From NCBI GenBank assembly GCA_045615605.1, contig JAZLFE010000065.1:1-44281 (forward strand): DNA of 44,281 nucleotides. The letters run 5' to 3'. The position numbers and the translations under genes are program-made. This stretch comes from Bacilli bacterium. Its GTDB lineage: Bacteria; Bacillota_I; Bacilli_A; RFN20; CAG-826. A model generated the notes under the pieces. That model saw nothing but the letters and a program-made list of their open reading frames with translations. It had not been told where the DNA came from and made no database searches. This document shows positions 1-9,324 of this stretch, in pieces. Numbering within the stretch: the first letter of the stretch is position 1; every line of letters starts with the position of its first letter.

Positions 1-563
1 GCTAAATGGGGTTTATCTTTATAAACTCCATGAGCGTTACCAATTGCAACCGCTAGAAAATCAATATGAGTTTTATTAACAAATTCTAATGCTTTAGATG
101 GTTCAGTATATAAAATCTTAGTATTACTACTATTATCTTCACTACCACCTACATGGCCAAGTTCTGCTTCTACACTAGCATTATATTGTTTTGCTAATTC
201 TACTACTTTAGTAGTCTCTTTAATATTATCTTCAAATGATAAAGTAGAACCATCAAACATAACAGAAGTAAAACCAAGAGATAACGCTAATTTAATAGTA
301 TCTAATGTCTTACCATGATCTAGATGAACTGCAACATCGACTTTTGCTTTCTTCGCTGCTGCTATCATCATTGGTCCAATATATTCTAATGGAGAATGTT
401 TTAGACGAGACTCCGCTATTTGCATAATAATAGGAGTATTAGATTCTTCAGCAGCTTTAATTGCTCCAATAATCATCTCCATATTACCAACATTAAAAGC
501 ACCTACACCGATATGATTATCATTTGCTCTTTTTATAAGAGCCTTCATGTTTACTAATGCCAT
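1..563 (-). CDS. iolJ: Class II aldolase, 6-phospho-5-dehydro-2-deoxy-D-gluconate aldolase-like; the 3' end runs off the window
   Basis: Own translation of the minus strand from ATG at 563 gives MALVNMKALIKRANDNHIGVGAFNVGNMEM...VAVHLDHGKT...AELGHVGG...AIGNAHG, a class II FBP/tagatose-bisphosphate aldolase pattern. It starts 2 nt after the stop of the upstream gene and is the last member of the iol cluster. It is missing from the ORF track because it has no stop inside the window. Confidence 0.8.
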   Translation of the reverse strand, partial: MALVNMKALIKRANDNHIGVGAFNVGNMEMIIGAIKAAEESNTPIIMQIAESRLKHSPLEYIGPMMIAAAKKAKVDVAVHLDHGKTLDTIKLALSLGFTSVMFDGSTLSFEDNIKETTKVVELAKQYNASVEAELGHVGGSEDNSSNTKILYTEPSKALEFVNKTHIDFLAVAIGNAHGVYKDKPHL

Positions 564-565
564 AA

Positions 566-1717
566 CTAGAATAAATTCTTATACATTGAGATAATATCGT
601 CTTCGTTAATATCTCTAATAGTATTTTGTGGTGATCCACTAACCATCGCGTCTTTAGCCATCTTAGGAATGACATTAAAGAAATCATCTTTCTTAATACC
701 ATATTGTTCTAAAGTAGGTATCTCACATACTTTAGTGATATTAATAATTGCATCTAAAAATTTCTTACTTGCGACTTCATCATTATCGGAGATTGATGCA
801 ACTTCAATCGCTCTACCTAATATTGCAAAGCGTTCATATGTACCAGATAAAGCAAAGCTTAAACATTCTTTCATAAGCATTGCGTTACTTATACCATGTG
901 GGACATGGAATAAGGCTCCAATAGGACGAGACATGCCATGAATTAAAGTAACGGATGCGTTATTAAATGCAATACCAGCCTCTAAGGCTGCTACTGACAT
1001 TTGAATACGAGCATCAATATTCTTACCATCTTTAAAACAGATTGGTAAATATTTAAATATTCTTTTAACAGCACTTAATGCAAATGTATCAGATAAAGTT
1101 TGACTCTTTCTAGATGTAAATGCTTCTACTGCATGACATAAAGCATCTAAGCCTGTTGCTGCAGTAATCTTAGGAGGAGCAGTCATAGTAAATTGAGGAT
1201 CAATAACGGCTAAAGAAGGTATTAAGACTTTGCCTTTAAGTAACATCTTAATATTTTGCTTAGTGTTAGTGATGATAGTAAATTGAGTAGCTTCGCTACC
1301 AGTACCAGCAGTCGTAGGAATAGCGACCATTGGAGGTACTTTAACATCAATTACTTTACCCATATAGTCATTAATAGAACCACCATGTTCTACTAAGGAG
1401 GCAATCGCCTTCATTGAATCAATTGGACTTCCTCCACCTAATGCAACAAGAAAATCACAATGTTCTTCTTTATATATCTTTAAACCATTTTCTATCATAG
1501 TGTCAGTAGGTTCACCACTGATTTGATCATAGATTACATAAGTAACATTAGCTTTTTTAAGCGCTTCTTCAAGTTTTGCAACATTACCTAACTTAACCAT
1601 TACAGTATCAGTAACAATTAAGGCTTTCTTACCTAACTTAGATAAAGTAGGAATTACATTATTAAGTGCTCCATCACCAGTCATTATTTGACTAGGAACA
1701 ATAAATTCTCTTGCCAT
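566..1717 (-). CDS. Iron-containing (group III) alcohol dehydrogenase, FucO/lactaldehyde-reductase-like
   Basis: 383 aa with GGGSPIDSMKAIA, PTTAGTGSE and HGxxxxxxxxxxHG-type metal-ligand regions collinear with Fe-ADHs. AGGAG RBS precedes ATG 1717. Confidence 0.9.
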   Translation of the reverse strand: MAREFIVPSQIMTGDGALNNVIPTLSKLGKKALIVTDTVMVKLGNVAKLEEALKKANVTYVIYDQISGEPTDTMIENGLKIYKEEHCDFLVALGGGSPIDSMKAIASLVEHGGSINDYMGKVIDVKVPPMVAIPTTAGTGSEATQFTIITNTKQNIKMLLKGKVLIPSLAVIDPQFTMTAPPKITAATGLDALCHAVEAFTSRKSQTLSDTFALSAVKRIFKYLPICFKDGKNIDARIQMSVAALEAGIAFNNASVTLIHGMSRPIGALFHVPHGISNAMLMKECLSFALSGTYERFAILGRAIEVASISDNDEVASKKFLDAIINITKVCEIPTLEQYGIKKDDFFNVIPKMAKDAMVSGSPQNTIRDINEDDIISMYKNLF

Positions 1718-1734
1718 ATATATCTCCTAATTAA

Positions 1735-2517
1735 TTAAAATTTAGCGTTATGTAACCAAACGTATTTCTTATCTTCACATCTATCAGTCTGTAACCAAGG
1801 GTTACCATCAATATGGCGAATCATCCAGATGGTATACATTTGATATCCAGGTGCACATACTTGAGGATGAAGTGCTCCACCAGGAATAGCGGAGAAGGAA
1901 TTATTAACGCTTTTAAATACTTTATCATCGATAAAGGAAGCACCAAATCCTTCTGGGCGATCAAATTTAAATACATAACATTCTGGTTGAGGATGTCTAT
2001 GTGGTAGATATCCTGACCAGTTACCACGATCATTAAGTATCTCTCCTAAGACCATATTAGATTTAGGATTAATATCATGATCAATAATCGTATTCACTCT
2101 ACGCTTAGCGGTATTACCAAATTTACCAACGCAAGAATATTTAAATGGAGCGTCTTTAGGTGAATATAATTTAGCTTTAAATACTTTATTATTCTTAGTA
2201 GCTTGGACTAATATCTCTACTTTATTAAGCGCTTTAACTTCAATAGGTTCGTTTTTAGAAACGTGAAGCGCCCAAGGTCCTTCACAGAATACGCATTTAC
2301 GGGATACAGTTTTATTACCACCTTTCCATTTAAAATTAACTTTACCGGATAATAATAAGATTGCCATCTCTTCAGTAGGCTTTTTAAATTTTCTTACTTC
2401 ACCTTTCTTTAAAGTATACATACGAATATCCATATTCATATGTTTATATTCATTCGTGTAGGTGGTTAATACCATCTCACCTTTTTTATTATATTTAGGA
2501 TAACCAAAAATCTTCAT
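1735..2517 (-). CDS. iolB: 5-deoxy-glucuronate isomerase (KduI/IolB family)
   Basis: 260-aa cupin-type protein of typical IolB size, located between iolD and the aldolase. AAGGAG RBS. Confidence 0.8.
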   Translation of the reverse strand: MKIFGYPKYNKKGEMVLTTYTNEYKHMNMDIRMYTLKKGEVRKFKKPTEEMAILLLSGKVNFKWKGGNKTVSRKCVFCEGPWALHVSKNEPIEVKALNKVEILVQATKNNKVFKAKLYSPKDAPFKYSCVGKFGNTAKRRVNTIIDHDINPKSNMVLGEILNDRGNWSGYLPHRHPQPECYVFKFDRPEGFGASFIDDKVFKSVNNSFSAIPGGALHPQVCAPGYQMYTIWMIRHIDGNPWLQTDRCEDKKYVWLHNAKF

Positions 2518-2543
2518 ATTAATCTCCTTATTTATTAATATTA

Positions 2544-4475
2544 TTAATAGTCTCTAGCTTCTTTTCTACCTTTCATTACTTCTTCACAAGCTTTTCTAAC
2601 ACTTGCTTTAGTAGAGGTAGTAGCAATACCAACGTTCCACCATGACTCATATCCGTCAGTCATCGTCTTTGGTAATACTTTTAAATCAAATAGACATGCT
2701 ACTTTTTGTTTCTTAGCATCTTTAATTGCTTTTTCTAAGTCTTCTATATTTCTACAAGTATAAGTCTTCATACCATAGCCTTCACCAACTTTAGCATAGC
2801 TAACTGGTATTAAGGCTTCACATGGTTTTTTACCATTCGTGTATCTAAATTCCGTCGCGAGTGATCCAATACCATGATTCATCTCTAAGTTATTAATACA
2901 ACCAAAACCACAGTTATCAAATACTAAGATATTAACTTTTTGCTTTTCTTGCATTATTGTCATAATCTCAGAATGTAGCATTTGGAAACTAGCGTCTCCT
3001 ACTACCGCGTATACTTCATTATTAGGTTCAGCGAATTTAACACCTAAAGTCGCTGCAACTTCATATCCCATACATGAATATCCATATTCTGCATGGTAAC
3101 CACATCTTTTATCGGTCTTCCACATTCTTTGCATGCAGCTAGGTAATGAACCACCTGCAGTAATAACAGTAGCGTTCTTATCGACTAATCTATTTAAAGT
3201 CGCTAAAGCAGCAGTTTGAGTTAATACTGATTTAGTTAATTTATTAAATTCTGGGATTGTTCTAGGATCACGTGCTTTAATTAATGGTTCAAAGTTCTTA
3301 CCAGTATAGATGATACCACCTAAACGTTTAAGTTCTTTATCCCATTTAGCCTTCGCTACTTTAATCTCATTCTTATAGCCTGATACATATTTAGCCTTCT
3401 TTAATTTATTCATTAAAGCAGTTAAAGTTACTTTAGCATCTCCTACTGCTTTAGTAGCGTCACATTTATAAGCATGATAACGGTTATTATTAATAGTGAC
3501 AAATTGGACGTTCTTATTTTTAAATAAGCGTTTACTTCCAGTAGTAAAATCCGTTAAACGAGTTCCAACAGCAATAATAACGTCTGCTTCTTTAGCGATT
3601 AAGTTACTCGCTAAAGTACCAGTAACGCCGATACCACCTAAGTTATATGGATGAGAAGCGATGCACGCTGATTTACCTGCTTGAGTCTCTCCATAAGGAA
3701 TCTTAAAGGCTTCAGCGAATTTCTCTACTACTTCACCAGCTTCAGAATATTTAACTCCACCACCAACAATCATTAATGGTTTCTTAGCTTTCTTAATAAT
3801 ATTATATACATCATTAATTTCGTTTTCATCCGCTACTACGCGAGCGATACGATGGACTCTCTTTTTAAAGAAGTAAGTAGGATAATCAAATGATTCTCCT
3901 TCTACATCTTGAGGAAGGGCAATGCAACATGCTCCAGTTTCACTAGGATCAGTTAATACTCTCATCGCATTAATTAATGCTGTCATTATTTGTTCAGGAC
4001 GAGTGATTCTATCCCAGTATTTACATACTGGTTTAAAAGCATCGTTAGTCGATACTGCTAAAGAATTAGATTGCTCTAATTGTTGTAAGACTGGATCTGG
4101 TTGACGTGAGGCGAATGTATCCGCTGGGAATACAAGTAAAGGAATATTATTTACAGTTGCAGTAGCGCATGCGACTACCATATTCGCGGCACCTGGACCT
4201 ACGCTAGAGGCACAAGCGATAATCTTCCTACGATTACTTTGTTTTGCATAAGCAATAGCAGCGTGGCACATACCTTGTTCATTACGTCCTTGCATAACTT
4301 TTAGTCCACCTGGATTGGTGTCTAAGGCTTCACCTAGTCCAACTGCGATACCATGACCGAAGATAGTAAAGAAACCATGAACGAATTTAGTCTCTTTATT
4401 ATCCATTAAGACATATTGGTTATCTAAGAATTTCACAATTGCTTGCGCAGTTGTTAAACGTATTTTCTTATCCAT
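2544..4475 (-). CDS. iolD: 3D-(3,5/4)-trihydroxycyclohexane-1,2-dione acylhydrolase (TPP-dependent)
   Basis: 643 aa with the three-domain ThDP-enzyme layout, including the GDASFQM...NCGFG TPP-binding motif. IolD-typical length and context. GAGGAG RBS. Confidence 0.9.
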   Translation of the reverse strand: MDKKIRLTTAQAIVKFLDNQYVLMDNKETKFVHGFFTIFGHGIAVGLGEALDTNPGGLKVMQGRNEQGMCHAAIAYAKQSNRRKIIACASSVGPGAANMVVACATATVNNIPLLVFPADTFASRQPDPVLQQLEQSNSLAVSTNDAFKPVCKYWDRITRPEQIMTALINAMRVLTDPSETGACCIALPQDVEGESFDYPTYFFKKRVHRIARVVADENEINDVYNIIKKAKKPLMIVGGGVKYSEAGEVVEKFAEAFKIPYGETQAGKSACIASHPYNLGGIGVTGTLASNLIAKEADVIIAVGTRLTDFTTGSKRLFKNKNVQFVTINNNRYHAYKCDATKAVGDAKVTLTALMNKLKKAKYVSGYKNEIKVAKAKWDKELKRLGGIIYTGKNFEPLIKARDPRTIPEFNKLTKSVLTQTAALATLNRLVDKNATVITAGGSLPSCMQRMWKTDKRCGYHAEYGYSCMGYEVAATLGVKFAEPNNEVYAVVGDASFQMLHSEIMTIMQEKQKVNILVFDNCGFGCINNLEMNHGIGSLATEFRYTNGKKPCEALIPVSYAKVGEGYGMKTYTCRNIEDLEKAIKDAKKQKVACLFDLKVLPKTMTDGYESWWNVGIATTSTKASVRKACEEVMKGRKEARDY

Positions 4476-4504
4476 AAATATATTCTCCTCTATATATAAA
4501 TAAA

Positions 4505-5539
4505 TTATTTACGAGCGATCATTTCACCGTAAATCTTTTTCTCTTCAGCAATAAATTTCTTAACTTCTTTAGTGTTAGGTAAATCATCTGAACAGTTATT
4601 AGAACGTACCATCATAGAGGCTTCTGCACTACCAAATTCTAAGCATTCAATAATAGGCCAACCTTGATAGATACCATATAAAAATCCTGAAGCATAACCA
4701 TCTCCACCACCAAATCCTTTACGAGCCTTAACGGGGAATGGTTTAATTGAGAACTTCTGTCCATCAATGGTATAGGCAGTAGAACCTTTCATACCGTGTT
4801 TAATAACTACTATCTTAGCGTTATAACTTTGCCATAATTTAGCACTTTCTAAATCAGTCATATTAGGTTTAATTAAAGATTCAGTTAAATCAAATTCTTC
4901 TCTTGAACCCATAATGATATCCGCTTCTTTAGCGACAATACTATAGTAGATAGCGATTTCATCTTTATTCTTCCAATTATAAGAACGATAATCGATATCA
5001 AATATTACTATCGTCTTATTTTTCTTCGCTAAATTAACTGCCTTAATAGCCGCCTCACGAGAAGGAGACTCTGCTAAAGCAGTACCAGAAATTAAAATCG
5101 CTTTAGAAGATTTAATATATTCTTCATCAATATCTTCAACCGATAATTGCAAATCAGCAATCTTATTTCTATACATTAAGATAGAACTCTCTTTAGGAGA
5201 TTTCATCTCCGTAAAAGTGAGTCCTAAATTCTCTCCGTTTTTACAACGGGTGATATGAGAAGTATCGACTCCAATTCTTTTAAAGTATTCAGTAACATAA
5301 TCACCAAATTGATCGTTACTAACTTTACCAATAAAGCCAGCCTTTAAACCATGTTTAGTAACACCACAAGTAATGTTCGCAGGTGAACCACCTAAGAACA
5401 TTTCAAACATATGGACTTTCTTTAATGGCTTAAATTCTTCTTTAACTTTATCGTTATAAGCAGGATTAAAGTCTAATGCTACTCTACCTAATAAAATTAG
5501 GTCTAGTTTTCTTTTAGAATCAAATTTTATGTATTTCAT
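4505..5539 (-). CDS. iolC: 5-dehydro-2-deoxygluconokinase (PfkB family)
   Basis: 344-aa PfkB/ribokinase-like protein (GGSPANI, GGGDGYASGF). The start overlaps the transporter stop as TAATG. Confidence 0.85.
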   Translation of the reverse strand: MKYIKFDSKRKLDLILLGRVALDFNPAYNDKVKEEFKPLKKVHMFEMFLGGSPANITCGVTKHGLKAGFIGKVSNDQFGDYVTEYFKRIGVDTSHITRCKNGENLGLTFTEMKSPKESSILMYRNKIADLQLSVEDIDEEYIKSSKAILISGTALAESPSREAAIKAVNLAKKNKTIVIFDIDYRSYNWKNKDEIAIYYSIVAKEADIIMGSREEFDLTESLIKPNMTDLESAKLWQSYNAKIVVIKHGMKGSTAYTIDGQKFSIKPFPVKARKGFGGGDGYASGFLYGIYQGWPIIECLEFGSAEASMMVRSNNCSDDLPNTKEVKKFIAEEKKIYGEMIARK

Positions 5540-7182
5540 TATTTACGTTTCCTCTTTTTATATTTAATTCCATTAAGCGCAGCTTTCTTCTCTTCAAGAG
5601 CATCTAACTTAATATTTATTTCATTAACTTGTTTCATTAATTTATCTTTATCTATTTGTAAGAAGTATTCTTGGTTTTCAATCTTTTCTAACGCTAAGAT
5701 TCTTTCCATAGAAATTTGCATAGCTTCTTTCTTTAACTTCTCTTCACGTTCATTTAATTGAACCATCATATCATTATAATGTTTATCAAGATGATAGAAG
5801 AATAAAACCGCCATAACACCTAAAGCAACAATTAAAGGTGCAATAATATAAATCATATGAATTGCATTTTTAGCGCTTTGAGGTTGTTCGATGTGATCTC
5901 CAGTACCGCTCTTAAATCCAGCAAAATCAAGAATTTTAGTAATAGCAACAGAAGCAAGACCACTACCTAACTTAGTTCCGACTGAACCACCAGCGCAGAT
6001 AAATGCTTCTTGTCTATAACCATTCTTCCAGTGACCATAGTCAACTACGTCACCTAACATACCAAAGACAACTGCATTTAAAGGTGCAAGACCAATAGAA
6101 CGAGTAATAGCACTCATAAATAACATAGGAATTGCATTAGCATCACTATAGGGAACAACTGCAAATATTAATTGACCTACTAAAGCAATAAATGTTCCAT
6201 ATAAAGCAAGATTTCTCTTACCAATTTTCTTAATAAGAGGCATACAAACAAATACTGCACCGACAAGAGTTAAAGTCTCAACTAAGAAAACTAAACTATA
6301 TAAATCACCACTAATGCCAAAATCGCCACCAATATAGTGTTCGCAATATTGTGGTAAAACTGTTCCAACAATACCAAATGATGTCGATTGGAACATCCAA
6401 AGAATTAAAACAAACCAGAAGTATTTATTCTTAACTAAGAACCTAAGAGCCTTGCCCATAGGTAACTTAGTTTGAAGATTCTTTTTATCTGGCTGCATTG
6501 CAGGGTTAACTTTTTCAGGACAGAAGAAGAAGTTAATTAATAAGAGGACTACGGCTAAGAACGCCCAAAGGGACATTGCAATAATCCAAGCTCCTTGATT
6601 ACCTTTACCTCCTAAAGCATTGACAAGAGGAAGAGTTAATGAAGCAGCAACAATCTTACCAATTGGAGATAGTCCCATACGGACGTTACCTAACATATCA
6701 CGTTCATGGGATTTACTTGTCATAAAGGTAGATAAAGTGCCATAAGGTAGATTAACTGCAGTATAACAGACTGTTGAACAGAAGTTATATGTTACAAATA
6801 CATAAAGTATTTTTACCCAATATAAATTACTTGAAACACTGGGGACACAGAACAACAATACCGCTGAAATAGCAAACGGTAGTGCCATCCATAATAACCA
6901 TGGTCGAGCCTTACCCCAACGAGAATGAGTCTTTTCAACTACAATACCCATGATAACATCAGATACGCCATCAAATACTCGAGATACGAGCATGATAAGA
7001 CCAACATCGCCAATGTTAATTCCTGCACAAGTTGTATAGTAAACGGTTAATAAGGTACCAATCATTCCGAAGACGATGTTACATGCAACGTCTCCACCTG
7101 CGTAGGCTAATCGAGTACCCCATTTAATGTGTCCGTCAAACCCATTAAATGTTCTTTTATCGTTTTTAATAGTACTTTCCAT
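5539..7182 (-). CDS. GPH-family (MFS_2, glycoside-pentoside-hexuronide:cation symporter-like) transporter with an approximately 85-aa C-terminal coiled-coil tail
   Basis: N-terminal signature LAYAGGDVACN...VSRVFDGVSDVIMG...RWGKARPW is typical of MelB/YicJ/XynP-type carriers, with about 12 hydrophobic segments. The tail after about residue 462 is charged heptad-like sequence. GGAGG RBS. Confidence 0.85.
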   Translation of the reverse strand: MESTIKNDKRTFNGFDGHIKWGTRLAYAGGDVACNIVFGMIGTLLTVYYTTCAGINIGDVGLIMLVSRVFDGVSDVIMGIVVEKTHSRWGKARPWLLWMALPFAISAVLLFCVPSVSSNLYWVKILYVFVTYNFCSTVCYTAVNLPYGTLSTFMTSKSHERDMLGNVRMGLSPIGKIVAASLTLPLVNALGGKGNQGAWIIAMSLWAFLAVVLLLINFFFCPEKVNPAMQPDKKNLQTKLPMGKALRFLVKNKYFWFVLILWMFQSTSFGIVGTVLPQYCEHYIGGDFGISGDLYSLVFLVETLTLVGAVFVCMPLIKKIGKRNLALYGTFIALVGQLIFAVVPYSDANAIPMLFMSAITRSIGLAPLNAVVFGMLGDVVDYGHWKNGYRQEAFICAGGSVGTKLGSGLASVAITKILDFAGFKSGTGDHIEQPQSAKNAIHMIYIIAPLIVALGVMAVLFFYHLDKHYNDMMVQLNEREEKLKKEAMQISMERILALEKIENQEYFLQIDKDKLMKQVNEINIKLDALEEKKAALNGIKYKKRKRK

Positions 7183-7204
7183 TTTCTACCTCCATATACG
7201 TTAT

Positions 7205-7234
7205 AAAAAAGCCCGTCCATAAGAACGGGCTTTT
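7205..7234 (-). terminator. GC-rich hairpin with flanking A/T runs between iolG and the transporter gene
   Basis: Stem gcccgt (7211-7216) and acgggc (7225-7230) with an 8-nt loop, A6 on one side and T4 on the other. On the minus strand it directly follows the iolG stop. Confidence 0.6.
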
Positions 7235-7240
7235 AAAGTT

Positions 7241-8257
7241 TTAAAGTTTAATTTCGCTAATCTTTACAGGACGATGTTCCTTTAAAGATTTTTTGGCGGC
7301 TAATCCCATTAATACAGGTTGTAAGCCGTCCATAACTCCTAATGGAGTTGGGGTCTTCTTTACAATTGCATCAATGAAGCATTTAACTTCTTTTGCATAT
7401 GCATCCATATATCTTTCTAAGAAGAAGTTTAATGGCTTTTCACCAGTGACACCAGCATCGTTAGCGATGACGATGTTACTTTGTGAATCGTTAGCGTTCA
7501 TGACCATACCTTTAGAGCCGAATACTTCTGCTCTTTGATCATAACCATAAACTGCTTTACGGGAGTTATCGATAACCGCTAAAGCACCGTTAGCCATTTT
7601 TAAGGTAACGATGGCGGTATCAATATCACCTGCTTTACCAATTGCTGGATCTACTAAGACTGCACCATTAGCGTAGACTTCAGTAGCGTTACAACCGGCT
7701 AAGAAGCGGACCATATCAAAGTCGTGGATCATCATATCAAGGAAGATACCACCAGAGACTTTAACATAATCAATTGAAGGTGGATTAGGATCACGAGAAG
7801 TAATCTTAATTAAATGTGGTTTACCAATTTTACCAGCTTTTACAGCGTCTCTAACGGCTTCAAAGTTGTGGTCAAATCTACGGTTGAAACCAACTTGATA
7901 TTTAATCTTAGGATTTTTCTTTAAGCAATCCATGACCGCTTTGATTTTTTTAACATCGTGGTCAATTGGCTTTTCACAGAAGACATGTTTACCAGCTTTA
8001 ATTGCTTCAATAGAAATCTTTGAATGGGTATCGGTGGATGAGCAGATTAAGACTGCTTGAATCTCTTTGTCCTTAAGGATATCTTTATAATCCTTTGTGG
8101 TGTTTTTAATACCCATGGACTTCGCCCACTTTTCAGTGTCTTTGTTCATAAATGGATCCGCAATAGTTTTAATTCTTGCGTTTGGTACTTTAGTGGTAAT
8201 ACTTTGAGTGTGTACTTTACCAATTCTACCAGCACCAATAATTCCAACTGTAATCAT
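7241..8257 (-). CDS. iolG: Inositol 2-dehydrogenase (Gfo/Idh/MocA family)
   Basis: 338 aa with an N-terminal Rossmann motif GIIGAGRIG, plus EKP and GFNRRFD motifs of the Gfo/Idh/MocA family, in iol cluster context. Confidence 0.85.
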   Translation of the reverse strand: MITVGIIGAGRIGKVHTQSITTKVPNARIKTIADPFMNKDTEKWAKSMGIKNTTKDYKDILKDKEIQAVLICSSTDTHSKISIEAIKAGKHVFCEKPIDHDVKKIKAVMDCLKKNPKIKYQVGFNRRFDHNFEAVRDAVKAGKIGKPHLIKITSRDPNPPSIDYVKVSGGIFLDMMIHDFDMVRFLAGCNATEVYANGAVLVDPAIGKAGDIDTAIVTLKMANGALAVIDNSRKAVYGYDQRAEVFGSKGMVMNANDSQSNIVIANDAGVTGEKPLNFFLERYMDAYAKEVKCFIDAIVKKTPTPLGVMDGLQPVLMGLAAKKSLKEHRPVKISEIKL

Positions 8258-8280
8258 AAAATTTAAAATTCCTCCTTATT

Positions 8281-9180
8281 TTATAGTCCAGTTTTCTTAC
8301 GAATAAACTTACGCGCTTTAATCGCGTATTCTAAAGGATTCGCCTTCGCGGGATCTTGTTCCGCTTCGACTAACATATATCCTTTATATTTATTTTGTTC
8401 TAATACTTTGAAGATTGGATCAAAGTTAATACATCCATCACCAGGAACAGTGAATGCTCCAAGTCTTACGCCTTGAAGGAAGCTAAGTTTATTCTTCTTA
8501 ACTTTAGCGACAACATCCTTACGGATATCTTTTAAGTGGACGTGTTTAATACGTTTAACGTATTTCTTGACCATCTTAAGTGGATCTACACCACAATAAG
8601 CAAAGTGTCCAGTATCGAATAATAAGCTAACGTATTTAGGATCAGTATTCTTCATCATACGATCAACTTCTTTTTCATCTTGGACAACCGTACCCATATG
8701 ATGATGGAATGTTAAATGAATTCCATAATCATTAAGAGCGATCTTACCTAATTTGTTTAAGCCTTCACAGAAGGTTTTCCATTCCTTATCGTTCATGACA
8801 TATTTATGACCAAATACTGGGGTCTTTAATTGTCCTTGAACGCTGTAGGATTGTTCGGATGCACCAATAATCTTAGCACCCATAGCTTTTAAGAAAGCGC
8901 ATTGTTTACGGAATGCTTTTTCAACTTCCTTAAATGGTTTTGTGATTAAGAAGCAGGAGAACCATTGATTGCAGATTTCCATTCCTCTTAAGTCTAAAGC
9001 TTTCTTTAATACTTTAGGATCCTTGGGGTATTTATTACCAACTTCTGAACCAGTATAGCCTGCTAGTGCCATTTCACTAACACACTGTTCAAAAGTGTTC
9101 TCCGCACCAAGGTCTGGCATATCATCATTAGTCCAGGCGATTGGAGCGATACCAAGTTTTACATTTTTCTTGTCAAGCAT
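8281..9180 (-). CDS. iolE: Inosose (2-keto-myo-inositol) dehydratase, xylose-isomerase-like TIM barrel
   Basis: 299 aa with the N-terminus VKLGIAPIAWTNDDMPDLG characteristic of IolE. AAGGAGG RBS. First gene of the cluster. Confidence 0.85.
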   Translation of the reverse strand: MLDKKNVKLGIAPIAWTNDDMPDLGAENTFEQCVSEMALAGYTGSEVGNKYPKDPKVLKKALDLRGMEICNQWFSCFLITKPFKEVEKAFRKQCAFLKAMGAKIIGASEQSYSVQGQLKTPVFGHKYVMNDKEWKTFCEGLNKLGKIALNDYGIHLTFHHHMGTVVQDEKEVDRMMKNTDPKYVSLLFDTGHFAYCGVDPLKMVKKYVKRIKHVHLKDIRKDVVAKVKKNKLSFLQGVRLGAFTVPGDGCINFDPIFKVLEQNKYKGYMLVEAEQDPAKANPLEYAIKARKFIRKKTGL

Positions 9181-9274
9181 TATAACCTCCTTAATGACTT
9201 AACTAGTCTAATTTATTATAGTATAAAAACTAAGAGTTTTAAATATATATTTAATAAGGATAGAAAATGTAGTT

Positions 9275-9304
9275 AAAAAAGACACTTTTATTGTATTTGT
9301 CTTT
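9275..9304 (-). terminator. Weak AT-rich hairpin terminator after the lipoprotein pair
   Basis: 7-bp stem aaagaca/tgtcttt (9278-9284 and 9298-9304) with a 13-nt loop, followed by a T run on the minus strand. It sits about 20 nt downstream of the stop at 9325. Confidence 0.35.
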
Positions 9305-9324
9305 ATTTAGTTAAATAATCAATT

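Noticed and set aside
520-941. Track ORFs 520-702 (-) and 669-941 (+) at the iolJ/ADH junction. The same applies to other 60-100-aa ORFs antisense to, or out of frame with, long genes (for example 1813-2007, 3922-4104, 7293-7538, 10370-10615, 15877-16173, 24101-24307, 37060-37320 and 42385-42636).
   Set aside because: All lie inside well-supported long CDSs on the other strand or in another frame. They have odd composition and no RBS, as expected for shadow ORFs in AT-rich DNA.
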